Assembly (NCBI RefSeq): GCF_016433145.1
Contig: NC_058134.1
Span: 282,446,639-282,510,497, forward strand
Length of the DNA: 63,859 nucleotides
Source of the DNA: Gracilinanus agilis
Taxonomy: Eukaryota
Direction: 5' to 3'
A program made the position numbers and the translations under genes. This document shows, one piece after another, positions 23,839 to 35,618 of the stretch. Under the pieces are notes generated by a model. That model worked only from the letters and a program-made list of their open reading frames with translations, was not told the DNA's origin and did no database searches. Position 1 is the stretch's first letter. Each line of letters opens with the position of its first letter.

Positions 23839-25986
23839 ACATTTATTGAGCACTGACTGTGTACGGAGTATTGTGCTGGGTGCTGGAGTTGTTAGGAAGC
23901 TCTGCCATCGTTCTAGGAGTGAGCTAGCATCTATGCGACACTACACCCTGCCCCCCGCCCCATAGCAGACGGGGGTCCTTGGCCTCGCCTTCCTCTGCGA
24001 CAAGTCTGAAGATGGGGACGCTGTGTTGCGTCCCTCCCAGGAAATGTTACTCGTGTTAAAACTCCATTTTGGGTCAAGCCAGTCCTTACCCAAGAGAGCC
24101 ATTCAGTCTAAGCCCTGCTCGTCTTGGAGTAGAGCTGGGCCGCCATGTGCCTTGGGAATGGAGGGAGGGAAGGGGCAGGATTGGCCGGCAGGCTTTGCCT
24201 CGAGGCTCGCCTTTTTTAAAATAACAGTGTTTCTGTCCTCTGTTTGGAATATCTTTGTAGCCTCCCTTCAACCTTCTCCCCCTTTTAAAAACAAAAATGG
24301 TTTCAATCGCTTGATCTTGGTCATGTAGCTTGTAAAAAGTTTTAATAAAGTTTTACTCACTGCACGGTTCCCTCTTTTCTGGGTCTTTCACCCTCCCTGG
24401 GATTGACTTCCATCCTCTTTCTGGTTGGCCAGTCTCAGCTTTGATGACTCGTCCGTTTCCCTTTCTACAACTTGGCCCAGAATTTGGAGGTGGCACCCCG
24501 GCTGGACTGGATAGTCTCAGAAGGCCCGATCAGGAGGCAGAATAGCCGGGATCATCGGGTCACTGACGAAGGTGAGGAGAGTTGAACCCTGGCTGTCCCT
24601 CGGAGCCCTTCCAGCTTGGCCACTAGCCCTTTCTTTTTTGGCAGGGTGTTTCCACCCTGGGCCCCCTTTGTTCACAGAATGGAGGCTCGACATGGGTTTA
24701 AGCCAAGCAGGATCTGAGGAAAACTTTGGGAGAGGGCAGGCCAGGTCGCCACGAGCGCGAGGCGCCATCAAGTAAGAGACCCAATTTTTACCCAGACCTA
24801 CTGTCTGAAGCAGCCGTCTGAGAACTCATTTCCACTATATTTATTGACTATTTTCTTAGCACCAGGATCCTTTTCACCGTATTCTCTTTCAAGTATTTGC
24901 ATAGATTATGTCTCTCCATTCTTCCCAGCTTTTTAGACTCCATGGAAATAAATTGGCCATTTTTAAAGAGAGTGGGAGGACAAGAAAAAAAAAGGTATTC
25001 AGTCTCTATGCAAGTTTATGTAAATTACTAAACAGTGATGGGACTGGCACCGCCACCCCCTCTGCTTCCTCAAGCAAAATCTGGGGGGCTGGAGAAGCGG
25101 CTTAGCATCTTTTCCAAGGTTTCCCCAAATAACTTCCCTCCCCAAATGGCTTTGGCCAGGGACAGGGGAAACAGAGGCAGAATTTCTAAATATGGCACAG
25201 GCATTGGTATTTCTGTTCCTTTTTGTCCCAGGAAAAAGGATAAAATATGGCAAGAGCTTGTGGGGAACTTATAAGAAGTGTTTAGAAGCGGAGAAAGGGT
25301 TTGAAAAGCAGATGAGCAGCTCAGGTCAGCCTGTGGCCAGTTTCCCAGCTTTAATGACATCCATTTCCCTTTCTGTGACTCCCATCTTTCAGGTCTTGGC
25401 CCAGAATTTGGAGGTGTCCACCCCAAGGGGCCTGGAAAGATTCTTGGAATGCCCAGTTATTAGGTAGGGATTTAAGGAGGTTCCTCCTCCCCCAATAGAG
25501 TTTTCTTTAGAAGCAAATGACCCCAGGAAGGTTAATGAGCTTATTGATCACACATGGACTAGATTAATCAAATCTCTCCTCCCAGCACCAAACCTGCGCT
25601 TGAGTCTAGCAGTGTCCCAACCTGGAGAAGTCGGTCTCTTTACCTGTACAATGACACGCAGACTTGTGAGGAAAACACTATGAACAACGCATACAAATGA
25701 ACTGTTGGCGGAGATAAGCTGCAGTGAATAGATGGGTCTTTAGATTGGCCAGGGAGGAAGGGAGAGAAGCTTGTAGCCCGCAGTCCCTGGATGGGATGGG
25801 AATGGGGGGATGCTAATACTGGGGTGTTCTGCCCGAACTGAGGTCCATTTCGGGGGAAGGGATGGTACAGGGACAAGTGACCAACAGACATTTAATTTTG
25901 CTTAGAACTAGCCTCCGCCTCTACCCCTCATGCACTTTTGGACACTTCCTCTCCTCAGTTTTCCTGTATTATTACTTTCTTGCTCA

Positions 25987-26238
25987 GGGAAGCTCACTGG
26001 TGAAGTGGATAGGGCCCCAGGCTTGGAATAAGGAAGACTCATCTTCATGAGTTCGAATCTGGCTTCAGACACTTCCTAGCTGTGTGACCCTGAGTAAGTC
26101 ACTTAACCCCGTTGGCTCAGTTTCCTCACCTGTAAAATAAGCTGGAGAATGAAATGGCCAACCATTCCAGTGTCTTTACCGAGAAAACCCCAAAATGGGG
26201 TCACAAAGAGTCAAACATGACTGAGAACAACTGAACAA
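25987..26238 (+). mobile_element. MAR1-like CORE-SINE
   Basis: MIR core plus aaatggccaaccattccagt...gggtcacaaagagtc tail. Confidence 0.8.
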
Positions 26239-27264
26239 AATTATTCTCTTGCAGTAAATTAATTTCCTCAGCAGAAGATGACCAACCTCACTGTGGCGAA
26301 GAAACATCTACCCTCAGGCTTAACATTCGTGATTAGAGTTTTCAGGTGGGGCCCCAGCAATGCTCACTTCCACTCCCGACTCCATTCTTCTCCTTATCCT
26401 TCAGTGGGTACCTTTTCTCCATCCCCTGGCCTTTTCAAGCCCCCTTTCTGTAGAGTCTTCCTTCATTAGACAATGAAGACATGGGAATAGCAGTGCCCAC
26501 CCAACCTGTGACCATCAGCTACAGCTACTGGCCATTTGCCACTCACCTCTAGGCAGGAGCTGTGGGAATGGCAGCACCCCCTCCCAAGACCACTAGTCCC
26601 ACTTCCCACCCAGCTCTTATAGCCACCAACCACAGAAACAACCCTGGTAGAAATGGGGCCACCCACAAGATAAATAATGCAGTCTAAAAGCCTAAGGAAT
26701 GAGCCAGGCAAGCCAAGCTACCAGCAACTTGACCATCAAACTATGCCCTCATCCACACCTCGGCAGAGAAAGCCTAGGATGCTGGACCCAAGAGCCTCAG
26801 GAATAGGAAGGCTTCCAGGACCTTGTCTATAGCCATCATGTTGGGGATGCAGCCTGGCAACTGCCCCTACAGGTGCTATAACCTCCTCAACCTTTCTTGG
26901 ACCATCCTGCCCCTGGTAGGAGCTCTAGGGCAAAGTGTGTGCACATTTTTGGAGTTCAGAATGCCATTGTTTCCTCAAAAGGTTAGATGTAATTCACGAT
27001 TCCACCAGCAGTGTCATAGCACAGTTCCTGTTTTGCCACAGCTGAGCTAGCATTGAATTTGGCTTTTTCTTATTTTTGTCAGATGGATGGGCATGAGGTG
27101 GAATTCTTTATGGTCAAGTTCAGCTCTCTAAGCTGAACGCTTAAATTTGGGACCCTCGGTTTAATAAACTCCTTTCATCTTAGGTGGAAAAAATTTCTAA
27201 TGAAAGGTTTTGAACATTTTTATGTAGTTACTGATCATTTATAATTCTTTTAGGAATTGCTTTG

Positions 27265-27420
27265 ACAGGTTCAAATCTGGCCTCAGACATTTTCTAGTTG
27301 GGTGACCCTGGGAAAGTCACTTAACCCCCATTGCTTAGCCCTTACTGCTCTTCTGCCTCAGAACCAATACACAGTATCGGTTCCAAGATGGAATGTCAGG
27401 ATTTAAGGAGGAAAAAAAGA
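27265..27420 (+). mobile_element. SINE1-like SINE (5'-truncated)
   Basis: ggttcaaatctggcctcagaca...aaccaatacacagtat tail. Confidence 0.8.
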
Positions 27421-27620
27421 AGAATGGCTTCTTTATATTGTAGCCCTGAATTGGAAAATTGTTTGCTTTATGAATATGTCAGTTCCTTGTGCCTTTTGGA
27501 TGCCAGACTTATCAGAAATGTTTGATACAAAGGCTTTATGGGAAAGAGATGGGAATGGCTCCAGGGAGCTGGGTAGCTCAATGGATTGAGAACCAAGCCT
27601 AGAGATCCTGGGTTCAAATC

Positions 27621-28075
27621 TTTTTTTTTTAAATTAATTTTTTATTTTTAGAAAAATTTTCCATGGTTACATAATTCATGTTTTTACTTTACCCTTCACC
27701 CTCCCAATCCCCCCCTCCTAACCTCCCATAGCCAATTCACATTTCCACTGGTTTTAACATGTGTGGTCAGTCAAGACTTATTTACATATTGTTGATAGTT
27801 ACATTGGTGTGGTCTTTTCAGGTCTACATCCCCAATCATGTCCTCATCAACCCAAGTGTTCAAGCAGCTGCTTTTCTTCTGTGTTTCCTCTCCTGTAGTT
27901 CTTTCTCTGAATGTGGGTAGCGTTCTTTTCCATAAATCCCTCAGAATTATCCTGGGTCATTGCATTGCTGCTGGTACAGAAGTCCATTACATTCAATTTT
28001 ACCATAGTATATCAGTCTCTGTGTACAGTGTTCTTCTGGCTCTGCTCCTTTCACTCTGTATCAATTCCTGGAGGT
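27621..28075 (-). mobile_element. L1 3' end inserted into a SINE (SINE pieces at 27563-27620 and 28076-28115)
   Basis: Poly-T, reverse 3'UTR and ORF2 end; flanked by SINE head and SINE tail with the SINE middle missing. Confidence 0.85.
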
Positions 28076-28278
28076 AATGATTCCAAGATGGAAGGTCAAG
28101 GTTTAAAAAAAAGAGAGATGGGAATGGTCCCCTAAAAAAATAGCTGATCAACATGACAGCAAAGGAAAGTAATAAATGTTGGAGGGGATGTGGTAAAATA
28201 GGAATATTAATGCATTGCTGGTGGAGTTGTGAATTGATCCAACCATTCTGGATGGCAATTTGGAACTATGCTCTAAGG

Positions 28279-28462
28279 CAGTGGTTCCCAAAGTGGGCGT
28301 CACTGCCCCCTGGTGGGTGCTACAGGGATGGGGGGGGCAGTGATGGCCACAGGTGCATTTGGGGGCAATGAATAAGGGGTGGTGATGGTATGTGACAGGG
28401 GGCGCTAAGTAATATTTTTTCTGGAAAGGGGGTAGTAGGCCAAAAAAGTTTGGGAACCACTG
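28279..28462. mobile_element. hAT (Charlie-type) MITE, family A
   Basis: TIRs cagtggttcccaaa / tttgggaaccactg; left target ctctaagg. Confidence 0.85.
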
Positions 28463-28978
28463 CAAGGTCTTTAAAAGACCATCTGCTTTTTGATCCAGCC
28501 ATAGCACTGCTTGGTTTATACCCCAAAGAGATAATAAGGGGAAAGACTTGCACAAAAATATTTATAGCCTCGCCCTTTGTGGTGGCAAAAAATTGGAAAA
28601 TGAGGAAATGTCCTTCAATCGGGAAATGGCTGAACAACTTGTGGTATCTGTTGGTGATGGAATACTATTGTGCTCAAAGGAATAAAGAACTGGAGGAATT
28701 CCATGTGAACTAGAATGAGATCCAGGAACTGGTGCAGAGTGAAAGGAGCAGATCCAGGAGAATGTTGTACACAGAGACGGATACACTGTGGTACAATCAA
28801 ACATAACGGACTTCTCTGCTAGCAGCAGTGCAATGACCCAGGACATTTCTGAGGGACTTATGAGAAAGAAAACCACCCACATCCAGAGAAAGAACTGTGG
28901 GAGTAGAAACACAGAAGATAAACAACTGCTTGATCACATGATTCAATGGGGATATGATTGGAGATGTAGACTCTAAAC

Positions 28979-29184
28979 CAGGGGTCGGCAATGTATGGCT
29001 CTCAAGCCATATCTGGCTCTTTTGAGGGCCAGATATGGCTCTTTCTGCAGGAGCCATAAAGTCAATTTTTTTCAGGCACTGTTACAGGAGTGCACACTGT
29101 GAGCACTGTACGGCTCTCACGAAATTACATTTTAAAAACTGTGGCGTTTATGGCTCTCACGGCCAAAAAGGTTGCCGACCCCTA
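28979..29184. mobile_element. hAT MITE, family B
   Basis: TIRs caggggtcggcaa / ttgccgaccccta; perfect 8-bp TSD CTCTAAAC. Confidence 0.92.
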
Positions 29185-29989
29185 CTCTAAACGATCACTC
29201 TAGTGCAATTATCAATAATATGGAAATAGGTCTTGATCAATTATACATATTAAACCCAGTGGAATTGTGCGTTGGCTACTGGAGGGGGGTGGGAGGAGGG
29301 GAGGGAAAGAACATGAATCATGTAACCATGGAAAATTTTTCTTAATAAAATAAGATTTTAAAGTAAAAAAATAGCTGATCATTTAAAATTGTAATTGATA
29401 TTTTTCTTAAAAATATTTAATCATGTATAAATGTAGAGTATATTTTTCCATCTTATTCATGGTGATTCTGCTGTAGGATCCTATTGTAAGTATGGTCTAT
29501 AAACAGAGCACTTCTTTCGTAATAATTCATGTGATCTCTTTGTGAAAATCTTCTCAAATAACATAGACTTCTTTTTTGCCAGAATCACCCATCAGCACAA
29601 TTGGGTGTACAGGGGAATTTCAAATAAGTAGGATAACTTCCTTTTAGGATTCTCTGATGCTACCGAAGCTATAATTCACACTGTTAGGAACTGAAAGAAA
29701 TAACATAGCTCCTAAAGGATATAATTTACTTTGTAACTACCCCAGAGGAACTAAGACAGGAGGAAAACTAGATAGGATAGATAGCAATATCTATAGATAT
29801 TATAGAATGGAATATAAAATAGAAATAGAATATAAATATGAAAACTAAGATGGCCTTTTTCTTTTCATTGCAAGTTGGAAATTCAACATAGTCATTATTT
29901 CCTGGAACGAGGTGTAGCTTACACAGGCACTGTCCTCCTAACTCCCCACAAAGGTCACTTTCTGGTAGGAAATTCATAAGGGTCATAAA

Positions 29990-30160
29990 TTTAGAAGATA
30001 CCTAGAAATCATCTAGTCCAATCTTCTCATTTTGCAGATAAGGAAACTGAGGCCCAGGGAGATCAAGTGATTTATCCAACATCCCTCAGGGAGTTTCAGA
30101 GGTAGGATTTTAACTCAAGTCCTTTAACTTCAAAACCAGTGCTTTTTCTACTATGCCATC
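29990..30160 (-). mobile_element. MIR fragment
   Basis: ttttgcagataaggaaactgaggcccaggga core. Confidence 0.65.
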
Positions 30161-30763
30161 CTCACTTCAACTCCAGTACTTTCTGCCACTGTACCAACAA
30201 GGATTTTTGGTAGCATCTATGTAAGGGGCAAAGCTGGCCCTTCTTTAAGGAGCCCTTCCTTTTCTGTCTCTACATTCATTGTACCTTATGCTTTAACCTG
30301 CAGTGTCAGTGTTATCACAAGGGATCTTATGGTCAAAAACCTTTGCTTATCATCATCAGCTCCCATCCAGGGTTACACTTTTCCTTTTGCAATTTTCCAT
30401 CTTGAGTTTCTTACTCTGAATGTTTATGATTGAGTGTGTGGATGAACACTCAGAGGAGCAGCTGGGTAATGTCTCTGTTGACATGCCTGACCTCTGCAGC
30501 TTGCTTCTTTAGAGGCCAATAAAACATGGACCTTATACCAAAGTCGTTCAGGCTGGGTGGAGGAAAGGCCACCAAGTGCCCTCCTGGGAGCTTACCTCCC
30601 TCTCTGGAATAGAGAGCCAAGCAATCTGGTTGGAGGAGCACAGGAAGAGTCTGAGACCCCAGCCTCTGCCTCTCTGCCCCAAGGACAGATCACCTGGGGC
30701 AAGCCATCCTCTTGGCCAACACCAAAGCAGATGCCTTCCTTGTTCCAAAAAACAAAGCCTAGG

Positions 30764-32912
30764 TCTACCTAAAGAATCCTAGAGAATTAACTAAAAAACT
30801 AGTGGAAATAATCAACAACTTTAGCAAAGTTGCAGGATACAAAATAAATGCACACAAATCATCAGCATTTCTATATATCTCCAATACATTCCAGCAGCAA
30901 GAGTTAGAAAAAGAAACACCATTTAAAATCACCCTAGACAATATAGAATATTTAGGAATCTATCTACCAAGACAAACACAGGAATTATGTGAACACAACT
31001 ACAAAACACTTTCCATACAATTAAAACTAGATCCAAGTCACTTGACCCCCATTGCCCACCCTTACCAATCTTCCACCTATGAGACAATACACAGAAGTTA
31101 AGGGTTTAAACAAAAAGAAAAAAGAAAAAAGAAAAAAAAACTAGATCTAAAAAATTGGAAAAACACTGAGTGCTCATGGGTAGGACGAGCTAACATAATA
31201 AAAATGACCATTCTGCCCAAATTAATTTGCTTATTTAGTGCCATACCTATCAAACTACCAAGAAACTTTTTTTACTGAATTAGAAGAAAACTATAACAAA
31301 GTTCATTTGAAAGAACAAAAGATCAAGTATATTAAGAGAAATAATGGGGAAAATGTGAAGGAAGGTGGCCTAGCAGTACCAGATATTAAACTGTACTATA
31401 AAGCAGCAGTCATCAAAACAATATGGTACTGGATAAGAGACTGAAGGGAGGATCAGTGGAATAGACTTGGGATAAGTGACCCAGCAAGACAGTCTATGAT
31501 AAACCCAGAGATCCCAGCTTTTAGAGCAAAAATCCACTATTTGACAAAAACTCCTGGGAAAATTGGAAACAGCATGGGAGAGATTAGGTTTTAGATCAAC
31601 ATCTCACACCCTACACCAAGATAAACTCAGAATGGGTGAATGACTTGAATATAAAGAAGGAAACTAAAGTAAATTAGGAGAACACAGAATAGTATACTTG
31701 TTAGATCTTTGGGAAAGGAAAGATTTTAAAACCAAGCAAGAGTTAGAAAAATTACAAAATGTAAAATAAATAATTTTGATTACATTAAATTAAAAAGGTT
31801 TTGTACAAATAAAACCAATGCAACCAAAATCAGAAGGGAAACAACAAACTTGGAAAAAAATCTTTATAACAAAAACCTCTGACAAAGGTCTAATTACTCA
31901 AATTTATAAGGAGCTAAATCAATTGTACAAAAAAATCAAGCCATTCCCCAATTGATAAATGGGCAAGGGACATGAATAGGCAATTTTCAGATAAAGAAAT
32001 CAAAACTATCAATAAACACATGAGAAATGTTCTAAATCTCTAATAATTAGAGAAATGCAAATGAAAACAACTCTGAGGTACCACCTCACACCTAACAGAT
32101 TGGCTAAAATGATAGAAGGGGAGAGTAATGAATGTTGGAGGGGATGTGGCAAAATTGGGACACTAATGCACTGCTGATGGATTTGTGAACTGATCCAACC
32201 ATTCTGGCTGGCAATTTGGAACTATGCCCAAAGGGCTATAAAAGACTGTCTGCCCTTTGATCCAGCCATACCACTGCTGGGTTTGTACCCCAAAGAGATA
32301 ATAAGGAAAAAGATTTGTACAAAAATATTTATAGCCCTCCTCTTTGTGGTGGCCAAAAATTGGGAAACGAGGGATATCCTTCAATTGGGGAATGGCTGAA
32401 CAAATTGTGTTATCTGTTGGTAATGGAATACTACTGTGCTCAGAGGAATAATGAACTGGAGGAATTCTATGTGAACTGGAACAACTTCCAGGAATTGATG
32501 CAGAGTGAAAGGAAAGAACCTGGAGAACATTATACGCAGAGATTGATGCACTAGTACAATCCAATGTAATGGACTTCTCTACTAGCAGCAATGCAATGAC
32601 CCAGGACAATTCTGAGAGACTTATGAGAAAGAAAACTATCCACATTCAGAGGAATGTAGAAACACAGAAGAAAACACAGCTGCTTGAACACTTGGGTCGA
32701 TGAGGACATGATTGGGGATATTGACTCTAAACGATCACCCTAATACAAATATCAATAATATGGAAATAGGTCTTAATCAATGGCACATGTAAAACCCAGT
32801 GGAATTGCTCATTGGCTACAGGAGATAGGTGGGGGAGGGGGAGAACATGAATCTTGTAACCATGGAAAAATATTCTAAATTAATTAATTAAATAAAAATT
32901 TCTATTAAAAAC
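30764..32912 (+). mobile_element. 5'-truncated L1 (~2.1 kb, decayed ORF2 + 3'UTR) with a SINE tail inserted at ~31034-31140
   Basis: ORF2-like [17 protein letters not shown]; 15-bp TSD aaaacaaagcctagg at 30749-30763 and 32913-32927; inner SINE flanked by aaaactagatc. Confidence 0.92.
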
Positions 32913-33719
32913 AAAACAAAGCCTAGGCCATTCTCTTGGAGATATTCCATCCTAAGGTACTTGGTGTCCCAAACCAAGCAGAAAGGTTTACCGTTGGGGA
33001 CATCAGGGAGGGTTGTGGTTCACTATGGGAGGGACTGGAAGGATCAGAAGCTTGTTTCTCTGAGTTCCCTCTTTTGACCTCTGAGCTCACACTTACCAGA
33101 GTAAGTGAGCACATACTATTTTGTTTTCCAAGCTTGAATGGTAGACTCAATGCTTTGTTGAAGTCATCTTCCCCATTGCCTAGATGGACTCTTCCCCCAA
33201 CCCAGGCAGGGAGGGAGGCAGTAGGGTTAAGAGATGCCATTTCTTTGGGATGGAGACACTTGCTTCCAGCTGCCATTTTCTTGCTACTATTCCCAAGCTG
33301 ACAGCATCGAATTTATCCCTCTCTGTTCAAAAGTTCACTTCCTGTCCACTCCCCACATCCCATCCATTCCAAGGTAATCCAAGGCCAGAACCAGGACCAT
33401 TTAGATCACTTTCTCTTTCCTGCTGGCATTCTTGGAAGAAACTGAGGCCTCTCTCTTTAGAGCATATGGACTCTGATGGGTTCATTGGACCACACCCTAC
33501 ACAGGAGTTGCCCTGGACTTTGTGCCCGACTGTCTTCTTGCTTGAGCAGCACAGGGCACCCTGGCTGGAGGCATACAGGGAAAGAAGCGGAGAGTGGAGG
33601 AGCTGAAGAGAACAGCCTCCCAGTCTTGGCCATCTGGTGGGCTTCCACCCAACCCATCCCTCTACCATGGACAGCTCCTACTAGAGGAGTTCTATCTTTG
33701 CTCTCTTTGAGCTCTCTGG

Positions 33720-33798
33720 AGCAATCGTGTCTGGCATTCCGGCTCCTGCTGCCTTCTAAAGGATCACCACCACTGCCATAGTCTTGTTCCAGCCTCAG
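33720..33798 (+). other. Candidate MYO1A non-coding first exon (start approximate)
   Basis: Strong donor cag|GTGAGT at 33798/33799 in unique sequence 1.3 kb upstream of the ATG exon, which has acceptors at 35109 and 35128. Confidence 0.35.
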
Positions 33799-35132
33799 GT
33801 GAGTTCTGTTCCCCTCCTGTCCTCACTCTCCACTTCCCAACCAGCTGAGTCTAGCTGATTCTTTGCCCTGGAGTTTGATGGACTTTCGAACAGTGACTCT
33901 GAACAAGGCTCTCCTAAAACCTTTCCAAGGGAGTGTCTCTTCCCTTCCCCTTTCTTTGCCACCAACCCCTCCAGCCCACAGCTACTCCTTCAGCTGCTTT
34001 CCTTCTCTGGGACCCCTGGCGGAGGAAGACAGGTGAAGAAGAGTGGCTCTTTCCACCTCCCGCCAGGGATCCTCCTTCTTGTTCCACTTTCCACTGCCGA
34101 GAGTGTCAGAGGAGAAGCCAAAAAAGGACAAATGATGTTGCCCTTTTTCTGGAGGAGTGGGGGTTGGGAGGGGTACAGAGGCTGTAGAAGAAATATTAAC
34201 CACTCTGCCGATGCCTTATCTCCCCTGTCCTGGGGCACCACCCCTGTCTCCTTGAGGACACTTCACCCTGGGAGTTCTTTCATGTGCCCACTGCGTGGAG
34301 GGCGATCAGACACAGCTCGGGAACTATCATCTCCCAATCAAATTCCTTAGAGAACTCTCCCCCCCCCCCCCCCCCCCCCTATCTTTGTGTTCCCTCCTCC
34401 ACCATACATACCGCACTCGCGCTACGGAAAAAGGCTGGGTGTGTCCCTGTGGGCCAGAGTCCAAGCCGGAAGGTTGTGGGGATGGACAGAAACTATGTAC
34501 GACCCACAGGTTTAAAACAGGTGTAGAAGTTCAGGTCCATCCACAGACCCAGGGGTTTTCTTTGGGCCTAGGCAGATTAGTGTGTTCCTTTCTTGCCCCT
34601 TTTGGGGAAAGGTACCAATTGCTTCTTGGACAATTCTATTTCTCAACCTGTCCCCTCACTGGATCCTCCTTTGAAAATATATGCAAATAGAAACAAGAAG
34701 GGGTGAGGTTGAGGGAAGGGCACCATTCAAAGAGGTAAATGCCTGGACTTGGCTAAAGAGATCTTCCCCTGAATGGTCAGTGGGTTTGGATTTTGGCCAT
34801 GGTCTCAATGGAGGAGACAAGGAGCTTTGCAGTCCTACCTACCCTGGGACTGGCCAAGGACATGCCAATTCACCCTTCTCTGACCCCTTAGTCTCTATCA
34901 CCATCCAGTTCTTTCTCCTAATGGCCCAATGGGAGAGGCACCCTTGAGCTTCTTTTTGGGGCCTTCAGTGGAAGTTTGTTCATGGAGGAAGGGTCTCCCT
35001 TGGATTCTTTTACACTCTACCCCCATAAAAACTCTAATCGTGCCTTGGAGCTGAGAAGTTCCCACCAACCCATCTTACTCTTCTTTACCATTCCTCCTAC
35101 CCTACCCAGGTTCTACACCTCTCCCTAGAAAG

Positions 35133-35563
35133 ATGTCTTTACTAGAGGGTTCAGTGGGGGTAGGAGACATGGTCCTTCTGGAACCCCTGAATGAAGAGTC
35201 TTTACTCAAGAACCTTGACAAACGATTTCAACACAAAGAGATTTATGTAAGTACAAGAACTCACCTTCCTACTCCCACCATGGCAGAGTTAGAGATGGTC
35301 AGGAGCTTTGGGATAATCTCTAAGTTCTGTAGAAGAAAGTCAAGGATGGAGTTGGACTTTCATGGAGGAAGATGACTGGAACACTGGCCAAGGGACGATA
35401 TCACTCAGGTTCACTCAGCTTTCCTTTTCCCATACTCCAGACCTACATTGGGAATGTGGTGGTCTCCGTGAATCCCTACCAACAGCTGCCCATCTATGGC
35501 CCAGAGTTCATTGATAAGTACAAGGAATACAACTTCTATGAGCTCAAGCCACACATGTAAGAA

Positions 35564-35618
<55 letters not shown>

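Larger units (their letters stand above)
20749..24370 (+). other. Probable long NEMP1 3' UTR with distal poly(A) signal
   Basis: AATAAA at 24344-24349 followed by U/GU-rich sequence; other hexamers ATTAAA 21210-21215 and AATAAA ~23436. The true end needs transcript data. Confidence 0.5.
28151..29363 (+). mobile_element. 5'-truncated L1 carrying two nested hAT MITEs
   Basis: ORF2 C-terminus; 18-bp TSD taaaaaaatagctgatca at 28133-28150 and 29364-29381. Confidence 0.9.

Noticed and set aside
29490-29690. Minus-strand peptide IVLMGDSGK resembling a small-GTPase P-loop
   Set aside because: No GKS/T, the frame stops a few codons later and there is no further GTPase motif.
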